A stretch of DNA of 64,000 nt from Pseudonocardia sp. (GCF_029263155.1 NZ_JAJCYB010000104.1:67565-131564), one strand, 5' to 3'; shown: positions 35,921 through 47,460, numbered from the stretch's first letter. Notes: generated by a model from the sequence alone, not told the origin. Numbers and translations are program-made.

Positions 35921-36583
35921 ATGGCCGACGTGGATCTGGTCGTGCCGGTCAAACGGTTGCACGAGGCGAAGTCGCGGCTGCGCGGGGCGGCCGACGGTGG
36001 TGGCGGCGACGCCGCCGCGCACGCCCGCCTGGCCCTCGCGCTGGCCCACGACACGGTGGCCGCGGCGCGGGCGGCCCGCCTCGTGCGGCGGCTGCTGGTC
36101 GTCAGCGCGGATCCGACCGTGGCGGCCGAACTGGCCGCCGTCGGCGTGCGGGTCGTGCCGGACGGGCCGGAACCCGGCCTCAACGCGGCCTACGCCCACG
36201 GTGCGGCCCTGCTGCGCGCCGAGGACCCCACCACCCCCATCGGGGCGCTGCAGGCCGACCTGCCCGCGCTGCGGCCCGCGGAGCTGGACGAGGCGCTCAC
36301 CGCGTTCGCGAACTCCGCGAGCCGCCGGGCGTTCGTGGCCGACGCCGGAGGCACCGGCACCACGCTGCTGATGGTGGCGGCCGGGGAACACCTGGAGCCC
36401 CGGTTCGGCGTCGGATCGGCGCGCGACCACGCCCGCGGCGGCGCCGTCGCGCTCACCGGCGCCTGGCCCGGCCTGCGCCGCGACGTCGACACCTCCGCCG
36501 ACCTGCGCGCGGCGGCGGAGCTCGAACTCGGCGAGCACACCCGCGCGGTGCTCGCCCCGTGCCCCGAACCGCTGACCCCGTGA
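35921..36583 (+). CDS. cofC: 2-phospho-L-lactate/PEP guanylyltransferase (F420 biosynthesis)
   Basis: VPVK-AKSRL, GLNAA, QADLPAL, GTGTT, RRDVDT; conserved position next to gpsA and ppk. Confidence 0.92.
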   Translation: MADVDLVVPVKRLHEAKSRLRGAADGGGGDAAAHARLALALAHDTVAAARAARLVRRLLVVSADPTVAAELAAVGVRVVPDGPEPGLNAAYAHGAALLRAEDPTTPIGALQADLPALRPAELDEALTAFANSASRRAFVADAGGTGTTLLMVAAGEHLEPRFGVGSARDHARGGAVALTGAWPGLRRDVDTSADLRAAAELELGEHTRAVLAPCPEPLTP

Positions 36584-36669
36584 CCGGGTACACCGCCCCC
36601 GAGGACGGATGCGGCCGAGTTCACCCGGATGTACGCGCAGCACCGGCGTGGGTGGGGAACAATGCCCGC

Positions 36670-39012
36670 GTGGGTGATGACGTGAGCGGCTCCAGAGGTA
36701 CGTCCGGCGGTACGCGCCGGTCCACCCGCGCCCAGGGCGCACCGCGACCCCGGCCCTCGACGCGGCGGGTGCACGCCGCAGCCCGGTCCGCCGGCAGCGG
36801 CACCGCCACCGCCACCACCGACGCGGGCCCGAACGGTGCGCAGCCGGGCCCGACCGCCGCGCCCACCGGGGCCCGGACGGACGGCTCGGCGGCCGCGGCG
36901 GTACCGGTCAGCCCGCCCGCACGCACCCCCGTGCCCTCCTCCGGCCTGCCGGACGACCGCTACCTCAACCGCGAGCTGTCCTGGCTCGACTTCAACGCCC
37001 GCGTGCTCGCGCTGGCCGAGGACCCGAGCCAGCCGCTGCTGGAGCGCGCCAAGTTCCTGGCGATCTTCGCGAGCAACCTCGACGAGTTCTACATGGTGCG
37101 TGTCGCCGGGCTGAAGCGGCGCGCCGACACCGGTCTCGCCGTCCGCAGCGCCGACGGCCTGTCCCCGCGCGAGCAGCTCGCCCGCATCGGCATCCGCAGC
37201 CAGGCCATCGCGGTCGCGCACGCGCGGGTGTTCCTGGACCACGTGGAACCGCAGCTGCGCCAGGAGGGCATCCGGCTGCTGCGCTGGGACGAGCTGTCCG
37301 AGGCCCAGCGCGAGCGGCTGTCGGCGTACTTTTCCGCCCAGGTGTTCCCGGTGCTCACCCCGCTCGCGGTGGACCCGGCGCACCCGTTTCCCTACATCTC
37401 GGGGCTGTCGCTGAACCTCGCGGTCACCGTGCGCGACCCGGAGGGCCGCACCGAGCGCTTCGCGCGGGTGAAGGTGCCCAACAACGTGCCGCGGCTGGTG
37501 CGCGTCGACGCCGAGGACGACGCCGTCACCTTCCTCCCCATCGAGGACCTCATCTCCGCGCACCTCGGCGACCTGTTCACCGGCATGGAGGTGGCCGAGG
37601 TCCATCCCTTCCGCGTCACCCGCAACGCCGACGTGGAGGTGGAGGAGGACCGCGACGAGGACCTGCTCCAGAGCCTCGAACGGGAGCTGGCCCGGCGCCG
37701 GTTCGGCCCACCGGTGCGCCTGGAGATCACCGACACGATGAGCGAGCACGTGCTGGAGCTGCTGCTGCGCGAGCTGGACGTCCATCCCGGCGACGTCGTC
37801 ACCGTTCCGGGACTGCTCGATCTCACGGCGCTGTGGACCGTGCACGGGGTCGACCGGCCCGATCTCAAGGACGACCCCTTCGTCCCGGCGACGCACCCCG
37901 CGTTCGCCGAGGGCGAGACCCCGCGCAGCATCTTCGCCACGCTGCGCGAGGGCGACGTGCTCGTGCACCACCCCTACGACTCGTTCTCCACGTCGGTACA
38001 GCGCTTCATCGAGCAGGCTGCCGCCGACCCGAACGTACTGGCCATCAAGCAGACCCTCTACCGCACGTCGGGCGACTCCCCCATCGTCGACGCGCTGGTC
38101 GACGCGGCGGCCGCGGGCAAGCAGGTCGTGGCGCTGGTGGAGATCAAGGCCCGCTTCGACGAGCAGGCCAACATCCGCTGGGCGCGCGAGCTGGAGAAGG
38201 CGGGCGTGCACGTCGTGTACGGGTTGGTCGGGCTCAAGACCCACTGCAAGACCTCGCTGGTGGTGCGCCAGGAGGGCGATCAGATCCGCCGCTACTGCCA
38301 CATCGGCACCGGCAACTACCACCCCAAGACCGCGCGCCTGTACGAGGACGTGGGCGTGCTCACCGCCGATCCCACCATCGGCGCCGACCTCACCGACCTG
38401 TTCAACTCGCTCACCGGGTACTCCCGCCAGACCTCCTACCGGTCGCTGCTGGTGGCCCCCTACGGCGTGCGGCGCGGCATCGTGCGGCGCATCGAGGACG
38501 AGATCGAGGCGCACCGCGAGGGCGACGGCGACGCGCGCGTCCGCATCAAGGTCAACTCGCTGGTCGACGAGCAGGTGATCGACGCGCTGTACCGCGCCTC
38601 GCAGGCGGGCGTGCCCGTCGACGTCGTCGTGCGCGGTATCTGCGCGCTGCGCCCGGGCCGGGCGGGGCTCAGCGAGAACATCCACGTCCGCTCGATACTG
38701 GGCCGGTTCCTGGAGCACTCCCGGGTGTTCCACTTCGGCTCGGTCGGCGAGTACTGGATCGGCAGCGCCGACATGATGCACCGCAACCTCGACCGTCGCG
38801 TCGAGGTGCTGCTGCGGGTGGCCGACCCGGGACCGGCCAAGCAGCTGGGCGAGATGCTCGACGGCTGCCTGGACCCGGCGACCCGCTGTTGGACCCTGCA
38901 GGACGACGGCCGCTGGGAACCCTCTCCCCCGCTGGACTCCGCGGTGTCCCCCGTCCGTGACCACCAGGCGGAGATGATGCTGCGCCATGCCGTCGTGGCC
39001 GAGTCGGAGTGA
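36670..39012 (+). CDS. ppk1: Polyphosphate kinase 1
   Basis: [59 protein letters not shown]; start uncertain (36670 or 36682). Confidence 0.95.
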   Translation: MGDDVSGSRGTSGGTRRSTRAQGAPRPRPSTRRVHAAARSAGSGTATATTDAGPNGAQPGPTAAPTGARTDGSAAAAVPVSPPARTPVPSSGLPDDRYLNRELSWLDFNARVLALAEDPSQPLLERAKFLAIFASNLDEFYMVRVAGLKRRADTGLAVRSADGLSPREQLARIGIRSQAIAVAHARVFLDHVEPQLRQEGIRLLRWDELSEAQRERLSAYFSAQVFPVLTPLAVDPAHPFPYISGLSLNLAVTVRDPEGRTERFARVKVPNNVPRLVRVDAEDDAVTFLPIEDLISAHLGDLFTGMEVAEVHPFRVTRNADVEVEEDRDEDLLQSLERELARRRFGPPVRLEITDTMSEHVLELLLRELDVHPGDVVTVPGLLDLTALWTVHGVDRPDLKDDPFVPATHPAFAEGETPRSIFATLREGDVLVHHPYDSFSTSVQRFIEQAAADPNVLAIKQTLYRTSGDSPIVDALVDAAAAGKQVVALVEIKARFDEQANIRWARELEKAGVHVVYGLVGLKTHCKTSLVVRQEGDQIRRYCHIGTGNYHPKTARLYEDVGVLTADPTIGADLTDLFNSLTGYSRQTSYRSLLVAPYGVRRGIVRRIEDEIEAHREGDGDARVRIKVNSLVDEQVIDALYRASQAGVPVDVVVRGICALRPGRAGLSENIHVRSILGRFLEHSRVFHFGSVGEYWIGSADMMHRNLDRRVEVLLRVADPGPAKQLGEMLDGCLDPATRCWTLQDDGRWEPSPPLDSAVSPVRDHQAEMMLRHAVVAESE

Positions 39013-39884
39013 CCGCGCCGATCCTCGCGGCAGGAGCTGTGCTCTGGCGGCGGGCGCCCACGGGCGTCGAGGTCGCGCTCGTGCACCGCCCCCGCTACGA
39101 CGACTGGTCGCTGCCCAAGGGCAAGCTCGACCGCGGCGAGACGATGGCGCACACGGCCGTGCGTGAGGTCGCCGAGGAGACCGGGTTCACCGCCCGGCTC
39201 GGCGCCCGGCTGCGCGACGTGCACTACCCGGTCCCCGAGGGGCCCAAGACGGTGCGCTACTGGGCGGCGCAGGCCTGCGACGGCGCGTTCGTCCCGAACG
39301 CGGAGACCGACGAGCTGCGCTGGTACCCGCCCGAACGCGCAGCCGGCCTGCTGTCCTACCGCCACGACATGGCCGTGCTCGACGACTTCCTGCGGATCGG
39401 CGCCCCGGACTCGGTCGTCTTATTCGTGCGCCACGCCAAGGCGGGCAGCCGCTCCCAGTGGGACGGCCCCGACGAGCAGCGCCCGCTGTCGGGGACCGGC
39501 CGCGAGCAGGCGCGCCACGTCGCGGGCCTGCTCGGCCTGTTCGGGCCCGACCAGGTGATCAGCGCCCCGCCGATCCGCTGCGTCGACACCGTCACCTCGC
39601 TCGGCCTACCGGTCTCGGTGGAGCCGCTGCTCGGGGAGGACGGCTACTGGGTGCACCCGGCGGTGGGCCTGGCCCGCTTCCGGGAGGTCGCCGCCCGCCC
39701 CGGTGTCACCGTGGTGTGCAGCCAGGGAGGCGTGATCCCGGACGTGGTGGGGGAACTGCTCGCCGAGTTCGATGTCGGCATCGACCCGTCGGACGTCGCG
39801 TCGCGCAAGGCCAGCACATGGGTGCTCGGCTTCCGGGCGGGTGCCCTGCGCACCGCGGACTACTACGCGCGGCCCAGCGCCTGA
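39009..39884 (+). CDS. mutT1: NUDIX hydrolase + histidine phosphatase domain (MutT1)
   Basis: [14 protein letters not shown]...REVAEETG Nudix box and VRHAKAG phosphatase motif. Confidence 0.9.
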   Translation: MTAPILAAGAVLWRRAPTGVEVALVHRPRYDDWSLPKGKLDRGETMAHTAVREVAEETGFTARLGARLRDVHYPVPEGPKTVRYWAAQACDGAFVPNAETDELRWYPPERAAGLLSYRHDMAVLDDFLRIGAPDSVVLFVRHAKAGSRSQWDGPDEQRPLSGTGREQARHVAGLLGLFGPDQVISAPPIRCVDTVTSLGLPVSVEPLLGEDGYWVHPAVGLARFREVAARPGVTVVCSQGGVIPDVVGELLAEFDVGIDPSDVASRKASTWVLGFRAGALRTADYYARPSA

Positions 39885-39959
39885 TCCCACCCACAGCGCC
39901 CGGGCGACGGTGGGACGCCCGGCGGCCCGGTCGGCGCGCCCGGGGACCACGACCCGGCC

Positions 39960-41330
39960 CTACGGCACCGATGGGGCGTCGGTACCGGTCGCCGCCCGCT
40001 CCCGCTGCCGGCGCCCCACACCCACCCACGTGAACCCGGCCCGCCGCAGGACGTCGGGGTCGAGCAGGTTGCGGGTGTCGACGACCAGCCGTGCGCTCAT
40101 CCCGGTGCCGAGCCGCGGCCAGTCCAGCCCCCGGAACTCCGCCCACTCGGTGAGCACGACCACGGCCTCCGCACCGCGGGTGGCCTCGTACGGGTCGTCC
40201 ACCACGGAGAGCAGCGACGTGTCGATCCGGGCGGTGGCCGCGTCCACCCCGGGATCGAAGGCCACCAGGTCGGCACCGGCCTGCCTCAGCAGAGCAGCCA
40301 CCCCCAGCGCGGGCGAGTCGCGCAGGTCGTCGGTGTTGGCCTTGAACGTCAGTCCGAACAGTGCGATGCGCCGCCGCGACAGCGACCCGGTGCGCTTGCC
40401 GGTGACCGCCAACCGGACCTTCTCGACCATCCGCTGGTACTGCCGCGTGTTGGTCTCGATCGCGGCGCGCACGAGCCGGAACTCGAAATCGGCCGAGTCG
40501 GCTGCCTGCAGCAGCGCGTTCGTGTCCTTGGGCAGGCATGACCCGCCCCAGCCGGGCCCCGGGGACAGGAAGGCCTGCCCGATCCGCCGGTCGTAGCCCA
40601 TGCCCTCGGTGACGTCCGCGACGTCGGCATCGAGGCGCTCGCACAGCTCCGCGATGGCGTTGACGTAGGACAGCTTCATCGCGAGGAAGCAGTTCGCCGC
40701 ATACTTGATCATCTCAGCGCTGGCCGCGTCGGTGAGCACCGTCGGCGCGCCGAGGCGCGCGTACAACGCCGCCACTCGCTCGGCCGCGTCCGGCCGGTCG
40801 GAACCGACGACGATGCGGTCCGGATTGAGGAAGTCGTGTACGGCCGACCCCTCCCGGAGGAACTCGGGGTTGCTGACGATGCCGACGTCGTCGCGGTCGA
40901 GCAGCTCGGCCGTGCGGAGCGAGGTCCCGACGGGCACCGTGGACTTGTTGACGACCACGCATCCCGCGGGCAGCGCGCCGCGCGTCTCCTCGATCACGGC
41001 CTCGACCGCCGCGAGGTCGGCGATCCCCCCGACCCCCATCGGTGTGGGCACGCAGAGGAACATCACCTCGACCGGCGCCCCGTCCCGCTCCAGCTCCTTC
41101 AGCGCGGTCGAGGCACCGACGACGAACGACAGTCGGCCGGCCGCCACACCCTCGCCGACGAGGTCGGCGAGCCCGTCCTCCCGGATCCCGATCTCCCCGG
41201 CCTGCAGCCGCTCGACCTTGGCCTCGTCGACGTCGGCGCAGATGACGCGGTGCCCGAGCGAGGCCAGGCACGCCCCGGTGGTCAACCCGACGTAGCCGGT
41301 TCCGACGACAGCGATACGACGGGCGAACAT
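39960..41330 (-). CDS. ugd: UDP-glucose 6-dehydrogenase
   Basis: GTGYVGL, NKSTVPVGT, SNPEFLREG, GGSCLPKD, FKANTDDLRDSP. Confidence 0.93.
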   Translation of the reverse strand: MFARRIAVVGTGYVGLTTGACLASLGHRVICADVDEAKVERLQAGEIGIREDGLADLVGEGVAAGRLSFVVGASTALKELERDGAPVEVMFLCVPTPMGVGGIADLAAVEAVIEETRGALPAGCVVVNKSTVPVGTSLRTAELLDRDDVGIVSNPEFLREGSAVHDFLNPDRIVVGSDRPDAAERVAALYARLGAPTVLTDAASAEMIKYAANCFLAMKLSYVNAIAELCERLDADVADVTEGMGYDRRIGQAFLSPGPGWGGSCLPKDTNALLQAADSADFEFRLVRAAIETNTRQYQRMVEKVRLAVTGKRTGSLSRRRIALFGLTFKANTDDLRDSPALGVAALLRQAGADLVAFDPGVDAATARIDTSLLSVVDDPYEATRGAEAVVVLTEWAEFRGLDWPRLGTGMSARLVVDTRNLLDPDVLRRAGFTWVGVGRRQRERAATGTDAPSVP

Positions 41331-41555
41331 GGGCAGGGATCTCCTCGTGGTCGGGCGGACGAGCAGGGCACCGGACACCCGGGACCCGACGCTACAGCGG
41401 ACCGGACAACATCCTTCACCCCACCCGTGGCGCCCGGTGGGCGGGTACCGGACTCCGGAGGCCGACGCCGGCGGGCGGCGGCAGACGCGTCCACGGGCTC
41501 TCGGGCCGGACGGGTCGCCCCCGCGTCCCGGGAGCCTTCCGCTCCCGTTGCCGAC

Positions 41556-42152
41556 CTACTTCTTGCCCTTGGCCTTCTTCGGCTTCCCGTCGGCGTTCGC
41601 CGTGGACTTGGCCGCAGCCTTCGGTGCAGGGGCGGGCTTGGGGGCCTTCTCCTTGGCGGCCTTCGTGCCCTTCTTCGGGGCCGCTGCGGCCTTCGGCTTC
41701 GGGGCGGCTGCGGTCTTCGCGGCGGCTGCGGTCTTCGGGGCGGCGGCGGGCTCCGCGGCGAAGGAGGCCTTGGCCTTCGCGGACCTGCGCGCCGTGGTGG
41801 CCGGGGCCGCGCCGTTGGTCGCCGCCGAGGCGGCCGCGGTGCGGCGGGGGCGGGCGGGGGTGGCGCGCGGGGCCGGGGCGGACCCGCCGACAGCGGTGCG
41901 GAACCCGACGCCGGGGCGGAACGCCGGGATCGTGGTCGCGGGGACGTCCACCGCATCACCGGTGCGGGGGTTGCGCGCCACCCGGGCGGCGCGGGCGCGG
42001 GGCTCGAACACCCCGAACCCGGTGATGGACACCGAGTCGCCCCCCTTCACGGTGTCGACGATGGTGGCGAGGATCCCGTCCACCGCGGCAGCCGCGGTCT
42101 TCCGGTCGCCGAGGCTGGCCGCGAGCGCGTCCACGAGCTGCGTCTTGTTCAT
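41556..42152 (-). CDS. hup: HU family DNA-binding protein with Ala/Lys/Pro-rich tail
   Basis: MNKTQL, ITGFGVF, ARNPRTG, PAFRPG, histone-like C-terminal tail. Confidence 0.93.
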   Translation of the reverse strand: MNKTQLVDALAASLGDRKTAAAAVDGILATIVDTVKGGDSVSITGFGVFEPRARAARVARNPRTGDAVDVPATTIPAFRPGVGFRTAVGGSAPAPRATPARPRRTAAASAATNGAAPATTARRSAKAKASFAAEPAAAPKTAAAAKTAAAPKPKAAAAPKKGTKAAKEKAPKPAPAPKAAAKSTANADGKPKKAKGKK

Positions 42153-42211
42153 GACAGCCGACCGTACGGGCCGGTCAGGGCGTTGCGCCAGCACACACGC
42201 GCAAGAAATGT

Positions 42212-42265
42212 GTTGGCAGGCAACGGATCCACCGGATCGGGTCGGCGGATCCGTTGCGCCCCAAC
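42212..42265. other. Strong hairpin (terminator or REP-like) between the vapBC remnant and hup
   Basis: GCAACGGATCC ... GGATCCGTTGC with GTTGG/CCAAC outer arms. Confidence 0.5.
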
Positions 42266-42281
42266 GATGATCGGGTGGTGG

Positions 42282-42356
42282 TCACCGGACCTCGATGATG
42301 TCGAGAACGCGTTGCAGGTGTCGGAAGCCCTCGACGTTGCGCGTCGCGAGGCCGAG
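42282..42356 (-). pseudogene. C-terminal remnant of a VapC/PIN toxin
   Basis: Translates LGLATRNVEGFRHLQRVLDIIEVR*, matching the PIN C-terminal TRNxxDF motif region; the rest of the gene is absent. Confidence 0.55.
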
Positions 42357-42359
42357 CCG

Positions 42360-42546
42360 ACATCGGCCGTGTCGCGCTCCCACTGCTGCGGATCGGGCCC
42401 GGCCCCGCCGCGGCGAACATCTCGTCGACGTGCTCCGCGGGCACCAGCCGCGACCGTGCGGCCTCGCGCTGGTACGGCACCAGGTCGACGACCCTCCGCC
42501 CGTGCACGGTCACCGTGAAGGACTCCCCCTCGGCCACCCGGCGCAC
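42360..42546 (-). pseudogene. Truncated, frameshifted Phd/YefM antitoxin
   Basis: RRVAEGESFTVTVHGRRVVDLVP core; N-terminus missing; plausible continuation PDPQQWERD lies in another frame. Confidence 0.65.
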
Positions 42547-42561
42547 CCCGTAGCGCAGGCG

Positions 42562-43149
42562 CTATGTCGTGACGGGCAGCCGGTCGGGCCGGGCGGACTC
42601 GAACGTGGTGATGTCGGCCTCGTGGCGCAGGGTCAGGCCGATGTCGTCGAGCCCCTCCAGCAGCCGCCAGCGGGTGTAGTCGTCGATCTCGAACGGCACG
42701 GTGAGATCGGCCGCCTGCACCGTCTTCTCGGTGAGATCGACGGTGACCTCGGTGCCGGGCTGGTTCTCCAGCAGCTTCCACAGCAGCTCGACGTCGGGCT
42801 GGGCCACCTGCGCGGCGAGCAGGCCCGCCTTCGCCGAGTTGCCGCGGAAGATGTCGGCGAACCGGGAGGAGATGACGACGCGGAACCCGTAGTTCAGCAG
42901 CGCCCAGACGGCGTGCTCGCGCGAGGACCCTGTGCCGAAGTCCGATCCCGCGACCAGCACCGATCCGCGGTCGAACGGCTGCTGGTTGAGGATGAAGCTC
43001 TCGTCGGAGCGCCAGGCCGAGAACAGGCCGTCCTCGAACCCGGTGCGCGTGACGCGCTTGAGGTAGACCGCCGGGATGATCTGGTCGGTGTCGACGTTGG
43101 AGCGGCGCAGCGGCACGCCGATGCCGGTGTGGGTGGAGAAGGCGTCCAT
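42562..43149 (-). CDS. leuD: 3-isopropylmalate dehydratase small subunit
   Basis: [32 protein letters not shown]. Confidence 0.96.
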   Translation of the reverse strand: MDAFSTHTGIGVPLRRSNVDTDQIIPAVYLKRVTRTGFEDGLFSAWRSDESFILNQQPFDRGSVLVAGSDFGTGSSREHAVWALLNYGFRVVISSRFADIFRGNSAKAGLLAAQVAQPDVELLWKLLENQPGTEVTVDLTEKTVQAADLTVPFEIDDYTRWRLLEGLDDIGLTLRHEADITTFESARPDRLPVTT

Positions 43150-44561
43150 CAGAGAAGGTCCTCCGGGCTGCTCAGGGTGCCGCGTACGGCGGTCGCGGCG
43201 GCGACCAGCGGCGACACCAGGTGGGTGCGGCCGCCCTTGCCCTGGCGGCCCTCGAAGTTGCGGTTCGACGTCGAGGCGCTGCGCTCGCCCGGGGCGAGCT
43301 GGTCGGGGTTCATGCCCAGGCACATCGAGCAGCCCGCGGAGCGCCACTCGGCCCCGGCCGCGGTGAAGACGTCGTTCAGCCCCTCGTCCTCGGCCTGGAA
43401 GCGCACGCGCATCGAACCGGGTACCACGAGCATGCGCACGCCGTCGGCGACGTGGCGTCCCTTGATCACGTCGGCCGCGGCGCGGAGGTCCTCGATGCGC
43501 CCGTTGGTGCAGGAGCCGACGAACACGGTGTCGACGGCGACCTCGCGCAGCGGCTGCCCGGCCGTGAGGCCCATGTAGGCCAGCGCCTTCTCGGCGGAGA
43601 CGCGCTCGTTCTCGTCGACGATCCGGGCCGGGTCGGGCACGTTGTCGCCGAGCGGGAGCCCCTGGCCGGGGTTGGTCCCCCAGGTGACGAACGGCGTGAG
43701 CGCGTCGCCGTCGACGGTGACCTCGGCGTCGAACACGGCGTCGTCGTCGGTGCGCAGCTCGCGCCACTCGGCGACCGCCGCGTCCCATGCGTCACCGGCC
43801 GGCGCGCGGTCGCGGCCCTTCAGGTAGGCGAACGTCGTCTCGTCGGGGGCGATCATCCCCGCGCGGGCACCCGCCTCGATCGACATGTTGCAGATCGTCA
43901 TCCGGGCCTCCATCGACAGGTTCTCGATGACGTTGCCGCGGTACTCCAGCACGTAGCCCTGCCCGCCACCGGTGCCGATCTGCGCGATGATCGCCAGCAC
44001 GACGTCCTTGCTCGTGACGCCGGGGCGCAGGGTGCCGTCCGCGCTGTTCACCGTGATCGACATGGTCTTGAACCGCTTGAGCGGCAGGGTCTGCGTGGCC
44101 AGCACGTGCTCCACCTCGGAGGTGCCGATGCCGAACGCCATCGCGCCGAACGCCCCGTGGGTGGAGGTGTGGCTGTCGCCGCAGACGACCGTGGTGCCGG
44201 GCTGGGTGAGCCCGAGCTGCGGGCCGACGACGTGCACGATGCCCTGCTCGGCATGGTTCATCGGGTAGAGCGGCACGCCGAACTCGGCGCAGTTGCGGCG
44301 CAGCGTCTCCACCTGGGTGCGCGACACCGGGTCGGCGATCGGCAGGTCGACGTCCTTGGTGGGGACGTTGTGGTCCTCGGTGGCGAGCGTGAGGTCCGGA
44401 CGGCGCACGGTGCGGCCGGCGAGGCGCAGGCCGTCGAACGCCTGGGGGCTGGTCACCTCGTGCACGAGGTGCAGGTCGATGTAGAGGAGGTCGGGTTCGT
44501 CACCGTCCCCGGTACGGACGAGGTGCAGATCCCACACCTTCTCGGCCAGAGTGCGTGCCAT
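43149..44561 (-). CDS. leuC: 3-isopropylmalate dehydratase large subunit
   Basis: [44 protein letters not shown]. Confidence 0.97.
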   Translation of the reverse strand: MARTLAEKVWDLHLVRTGDGDEPDLLYIDLHLVHEVTSPQAFDGLRLAGRTVRRPDLTLATEDHNVPTKDVDLPIADPVSRTQVETLRRNCAEFGVPLYPMNHAEQGIVHVVGPQLGLTQPGTTVVCGDSHTSTHGAFGAMAFGIGTSEVEHVLATQTLPLKRFKTMSITVNSADGTLRPGVTSKDVVLAIIAQIGTGGGQGYVLEYRGNVIENLSMEARMTICNMSIEAGARAGMIAPDETTFAYLKGRDRAPAGDAWDAAVAEWRELRTDDDAVFDAEVTVDGDALTPFVTWGTNPGQGLPLGDNVPDPARIVDENERVSAEKALAYMGLTAGQPLREVAVDTVFVGSCTNGRIEDLRAAADVIKGRHVADGVRMLVVPGSMRVRFQAEDEGLNDVFTAAGAEWRSAGCSMCLGMNPDQLAPGERSASTSNRNFEGRQGKGGRTHLVSPLVAAATAVRGTLSSPEDLL

Positions 44562-44569
44562 GTTGATTC

Positions 44570-44605
44570 TCCCAGCAGTTGGGACGCTAGTATCGCGGTG
44601 TGAGA
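44570..44605. promoter_or_regulatory. Probable NdgR/LtbR operator(s) and leaderless promoter
   Basis: 15-bp palindrome TCCCA-N5-TGGGA (44570-44584), weaker TATCG-N5-TGAGA (44591-44605), TAGTAT 6 nt before the regulator GTG. Confidence 0.5.
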
Positions 44606-45301
44606 CAGCATAGCGGCATAGGCGTGCTCGACAAGGCCGTGGGTGTGCTCCGCGCCGTGGCCACCGACCCGTGCGGGCTGGCCGAGCTGTGCGAGCGCAC
44701 CGGGCTCCCCCGCGCCACGGCGCACCGCCTCGCCGTCGGACTGGAGGTGCACGGGCTCCTGCACCGGGGGTCGGACGGGCGCTGGCGCCCCGGGCCCACG
44801 CTGGCCGAGCTCGCCGGCGGCGGGGCCGATCCCCTGCTGGAGGCCGCGGCCGCCATCCTGCCCCGGCTGCGCGACATCACCGGCGAGAGCGTCCAGCTCT
44901 ACCGCCGTGAGGGCAGCCAGCGCGTGTGCGTGGCGACCGCGGAACCCGCCAGCGGCCTGCGCGACACCGTGCCCGTCGGGTCGCGGCTGCCGATGACGGC
45001 GGGATCGGGAGCCAAGGTGCTCGCCGCGTGGGCCGAACCCGGCGTCCAGCGGGCGGTGCTCGCCGACGCCACGTTCACCGAGCGCGTACTGGTCGACGTC
45101 CGCCGCCGCGGCTGGGCCCAGAGCGTCGCCGAGCGCGAGTCCGGCGTCGCCAGCGTGTCGGCCCCCGTGCGCGACGGGGCCGGGCAGGTCGTCGCCGCGG
45201 TGTCGGTGTCGGGCCCGGTCGACCGGATCGGTCGCCGGCCCGGCGTCCGGTGGGCCGCCGACCTGCTCGCCGCGGCGGAGGCGCTTCATCACCGTCTGTG
45301 A
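44600..45301 (+). CDS. ndgR: IclR family regulator (NdgR/LtbR orthologue)
   Basis: [38 protein letters not shown]; divergent from leuC. Confidence 0.88.
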   Translation: MRQHSGIGVLDKAVGVLRAVATDPCGLAELCERTGLPRATAHRLAVGLEVHGLLHRGSDGRWRPGPTLAELAGGGADPLLEAAAAILPRLRDITGESVQLYRREGSQRVCVATAEPASGLRDTVPVGSRLPMTAGSGAKVLAAWAEPGVQRAVLADATFTERVLVDVRRRGWAQSVAERESGVASVSAPVRDGAGQVVAAVSVSGPVDRIGRRPGVRWAADLLAAAEALHHRL

Positions 45302-45392
45302 TCGACACGCGCGGCCAGGGCCGCACGAGCAGGCGAACGCCGAACCGCTACCGTGTGCCGGTCTCGACACAGGGTGAGTGCGCTGCCGCGCC

Positions 45393-45434
45393 CGTGGGTG
45401 CGCAACGGTGTCCCAGCACCGCTGCGCACCCACG
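45393..45434. other. Hairpin downstream of the IclR gene (terminator or REP-like)
   Basis: CGTGGGTGCGCA-A-CGGTG ... CACCG-C-TGCGCACCCACG. Confidence 0.45.
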
Positions 45435-45467
45435 AGACGCGCGGCGCCAGGCGAGGACGGATGGCGC

Positions 45468-47405
45468 ATGACGTACTTGCTCGGGATCGATCTGGGCACC
45501 ACGCGGACGTCGGCTGCGGTCTCCCACCCGTCCCGGTCCGGCGAGATCGAGGTCGTCAACCTCGGTGACCGGTCCAGTGCCGTCCCCTCGGTGTTCTACG
45601 CGGGCGCCGAGGGAGGCGTCCTCGTCGGGGAGGCGGCCGAGCGCCGCGCCCTGACCGACCCCTCGCGCGTGGTGCGCGAGTTCAAGCGCCGCATCGGCGA
45701 TCCCACGCCGCTGGTCGTCGCGGGGGTGCCGTGGTCGCCGCAGGAGCTCTCGGCGCGGGTGGTGCGCTGGGTCGTCGACCGGGTGGCCGAGCGCGAGGGC
45801 GGGCCCGCGGCGCGCGTGGCCGTCACCCATCCCGCGTCGTGGGGCGCGCTGAAGAAGGAGCTGCTGGGCGGCGCGCTGGCCGGGCAGGGCCTGCAGGTGT
45901 CGTTCCTCGCCGAGCCGCAGGCCGCCGCGCTGCACTACGCCTCCACCGAGCGCCTCGGCCCCGGCTCCACGATCGCCGTCTACGACCTGGGGGGCGGCAC
46001 GTTCGACGCGGCCGTCGTGCACAAGGACACGCACGGGTTCGGCCTGCTGGGCCGGCCGGAGGGGATCGAGCGGCTCGGGGGCGTCGACTTCGACCAGGTC
46101 GTGTTCGACCACGTCCGTGCCGGCATGCCCGAGGCGTTCGCCGAGCTCGACGACACCGATCCGTCCGTGCTGGCCGCTGTGGCCGGGGTGCGACGGGAGT
46201 GTTCGGAGGCCAAGGAGGCGCTGAGCAGCGACACCGAGGTGTCGATCCCGGTGCTGCTGCCCGGGGCGCAGGGATCGGTACGGCTGCACCGCAGCGAGTT
46301 CGAGTCGATGATCCGCCCGCAGATCGAGGACACGGTCGCCGCGCTGCGCCGCGCGGTCGGTTCGGCCGGGCTGGCTCCCGAGCAGCTCACGGCCGTGCTG
46401 CTGGTGGGTGGTTCGTCGCGGATCCCGCTGGTGGCCCAGCTCGTGTCCGAGCAGCTCGGGCGGCCCGTCGCCGTCGACGCCGACCCCAAGAACGCGATCG
46501 CGATGGGGGCCGCGCTCTCGCTGGACCCGGTCGCGTCCACCGGCACCGGGCCGCACGTCCCCGCCCCCCGCGTGGGCGGGCGGCCGGGCGGGCCCCGGCG
46601 GCCCGGTTCCGCCCCGGTCGGGGCGGCGCTGGGTGCACCGATCCTGGGCGCACCGAGCCTGGGCGCACCGATCCTGGGTGCACCGAGCCTGGGTGCACCG
46701 AGCCTGGGCGCACCGGGGAAGGGCGCGCCCGGTGTTGGTGCGACAGGTCTGGGTGCACCGGGTAAGGGCGCGTCCGGTCTCGGCGCTGCGGGAGTCGGCG
46801 CAGCGGGTTCGGCAGCGGCCGGCACCCGCGGGCCATCGAGTACCGCGTCCGGCGGGATGCAGTCCGCCGGACCGCCTGCCCCGCGCACGCCGATGTCGCC
46901 CGGCGGTCCGAGCCGGGCCGTTTCACCGCCCCGTCCGGCCCCGCCCGGGTACGGCGACCGACCGGGCCGGTCGGCCGACAGCGGGTCGGCCGACAGCGGG
47001 ACGTACGGCCACGCGGACTACGACCAGCCCGAGCCACCCGCGCGGCGCAACCCGACCCTGTTCGTCACGGTCGGGGGGATCGCGGCGGCGCTGGCCGTGA
47101 TCGGGACCGTGCTGCTGGTGCCGACGCAGCAGCCGTCCGCGTCGGTCGACAACCTGCCCGATCTGCCCGCTGCACCGGTGGAGACGAGCATCGCGGAGAC
47201 CCCGACGCCATCGACCGAGCCCGCTCCCACGCAGGACCCGGGACCCGTTGAGCCGGTCCGCCCGACCCGTCCGGTGGAACCGACCCCGACGCCGGCTCCC
47301 ACGACCGAGCCCACACCGACCACGGAACCGACACCGACCACCGAGCCGACACCGACCACCGAGTCCACCACCACCGAGCCCACGACCACCGAGCCCACCA
47401 CCTGA
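45468..47405 (+). CDS. Hsp70-family ATPase domain protein with low-complexity linker, TM helix and Pro/Thr-rich tail
   Basis: GIDLGTT, AEPQAAA, VYDLGGGTFD, LVGGSSRIP; no DnaK substrate-binding domain. Confidence 0.85.
   Translation: MTYLLGIDLGTTRTSAAVSHPSRSGEIEVVNLGDRSSAVPSVFYAGAEGGVLVGEAAERRALTDPSRVVREFKRRIGDPTPLVVAGVPWSPQELSARVVRWVVDRVAEREGGPAARVAVTHPASWGALKKELLGGALAGQGLQVSFLAEPQAAALHYASTERLGPGSTIAVYDLGGGTFDAAVVHKDTHGFGLLGRPEGIERLGGVDFDQVVFDHVRAGMPEAFAELDDTDPSVLAAVAGVRRECSEAKEALSSDTEVSIPVLLPGAQGSVRLHRSEFESMIRPQIEDTVAALRRAVGSAGLAPEQLTAVLLVGGSSRIPLVAQLVSEQLGRPVAVDADPKNAIAMGAALSLDPVASTGTGPHVPAPRVGGRPGGPRRPGSAPVGAALGAPILGAPSLGAPILGAPSLGAPSLGAPGKGAPGVGATGLGAPGKGASGLGAAGVGAAGSAAAGTRGPSSTASGGMQSAGPPAPRTPMSPGGPSRAVSPPRPAPPGYGDRPGRSADSGSADSGTYGHADYDQPEPPARRNPTLFVTVGGIAAALAVIGTVLLVPTQQPSASVDNLPDLPAAPVETSIAETPTPSTEPAPTQDPGPVEPVRPTRPVEPTPTPAPTTEPTPTTEPTPTTEPTPTTESTTTEPTTTEPTT
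46629..46808 (+). repeat. 15-bp coding tandem repeat (LGAPx)
   Basis: CTGGG(T/C)GCACCGA(T/G)C units, about 12 increasingly degenerate copies. Confidence 0.85.
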
Positions 47406-47460
47406 TGGGAGCTGCCAATGGCCGCGCACCCGAGGGCCTGCGGCCCCGAGGCCGCGAACG

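Noticed and set aside
45468-47405. dnaK
   Set aside because: No substrate-binding domain, has a TM helix, and no grpE or dnaJ neighbours.
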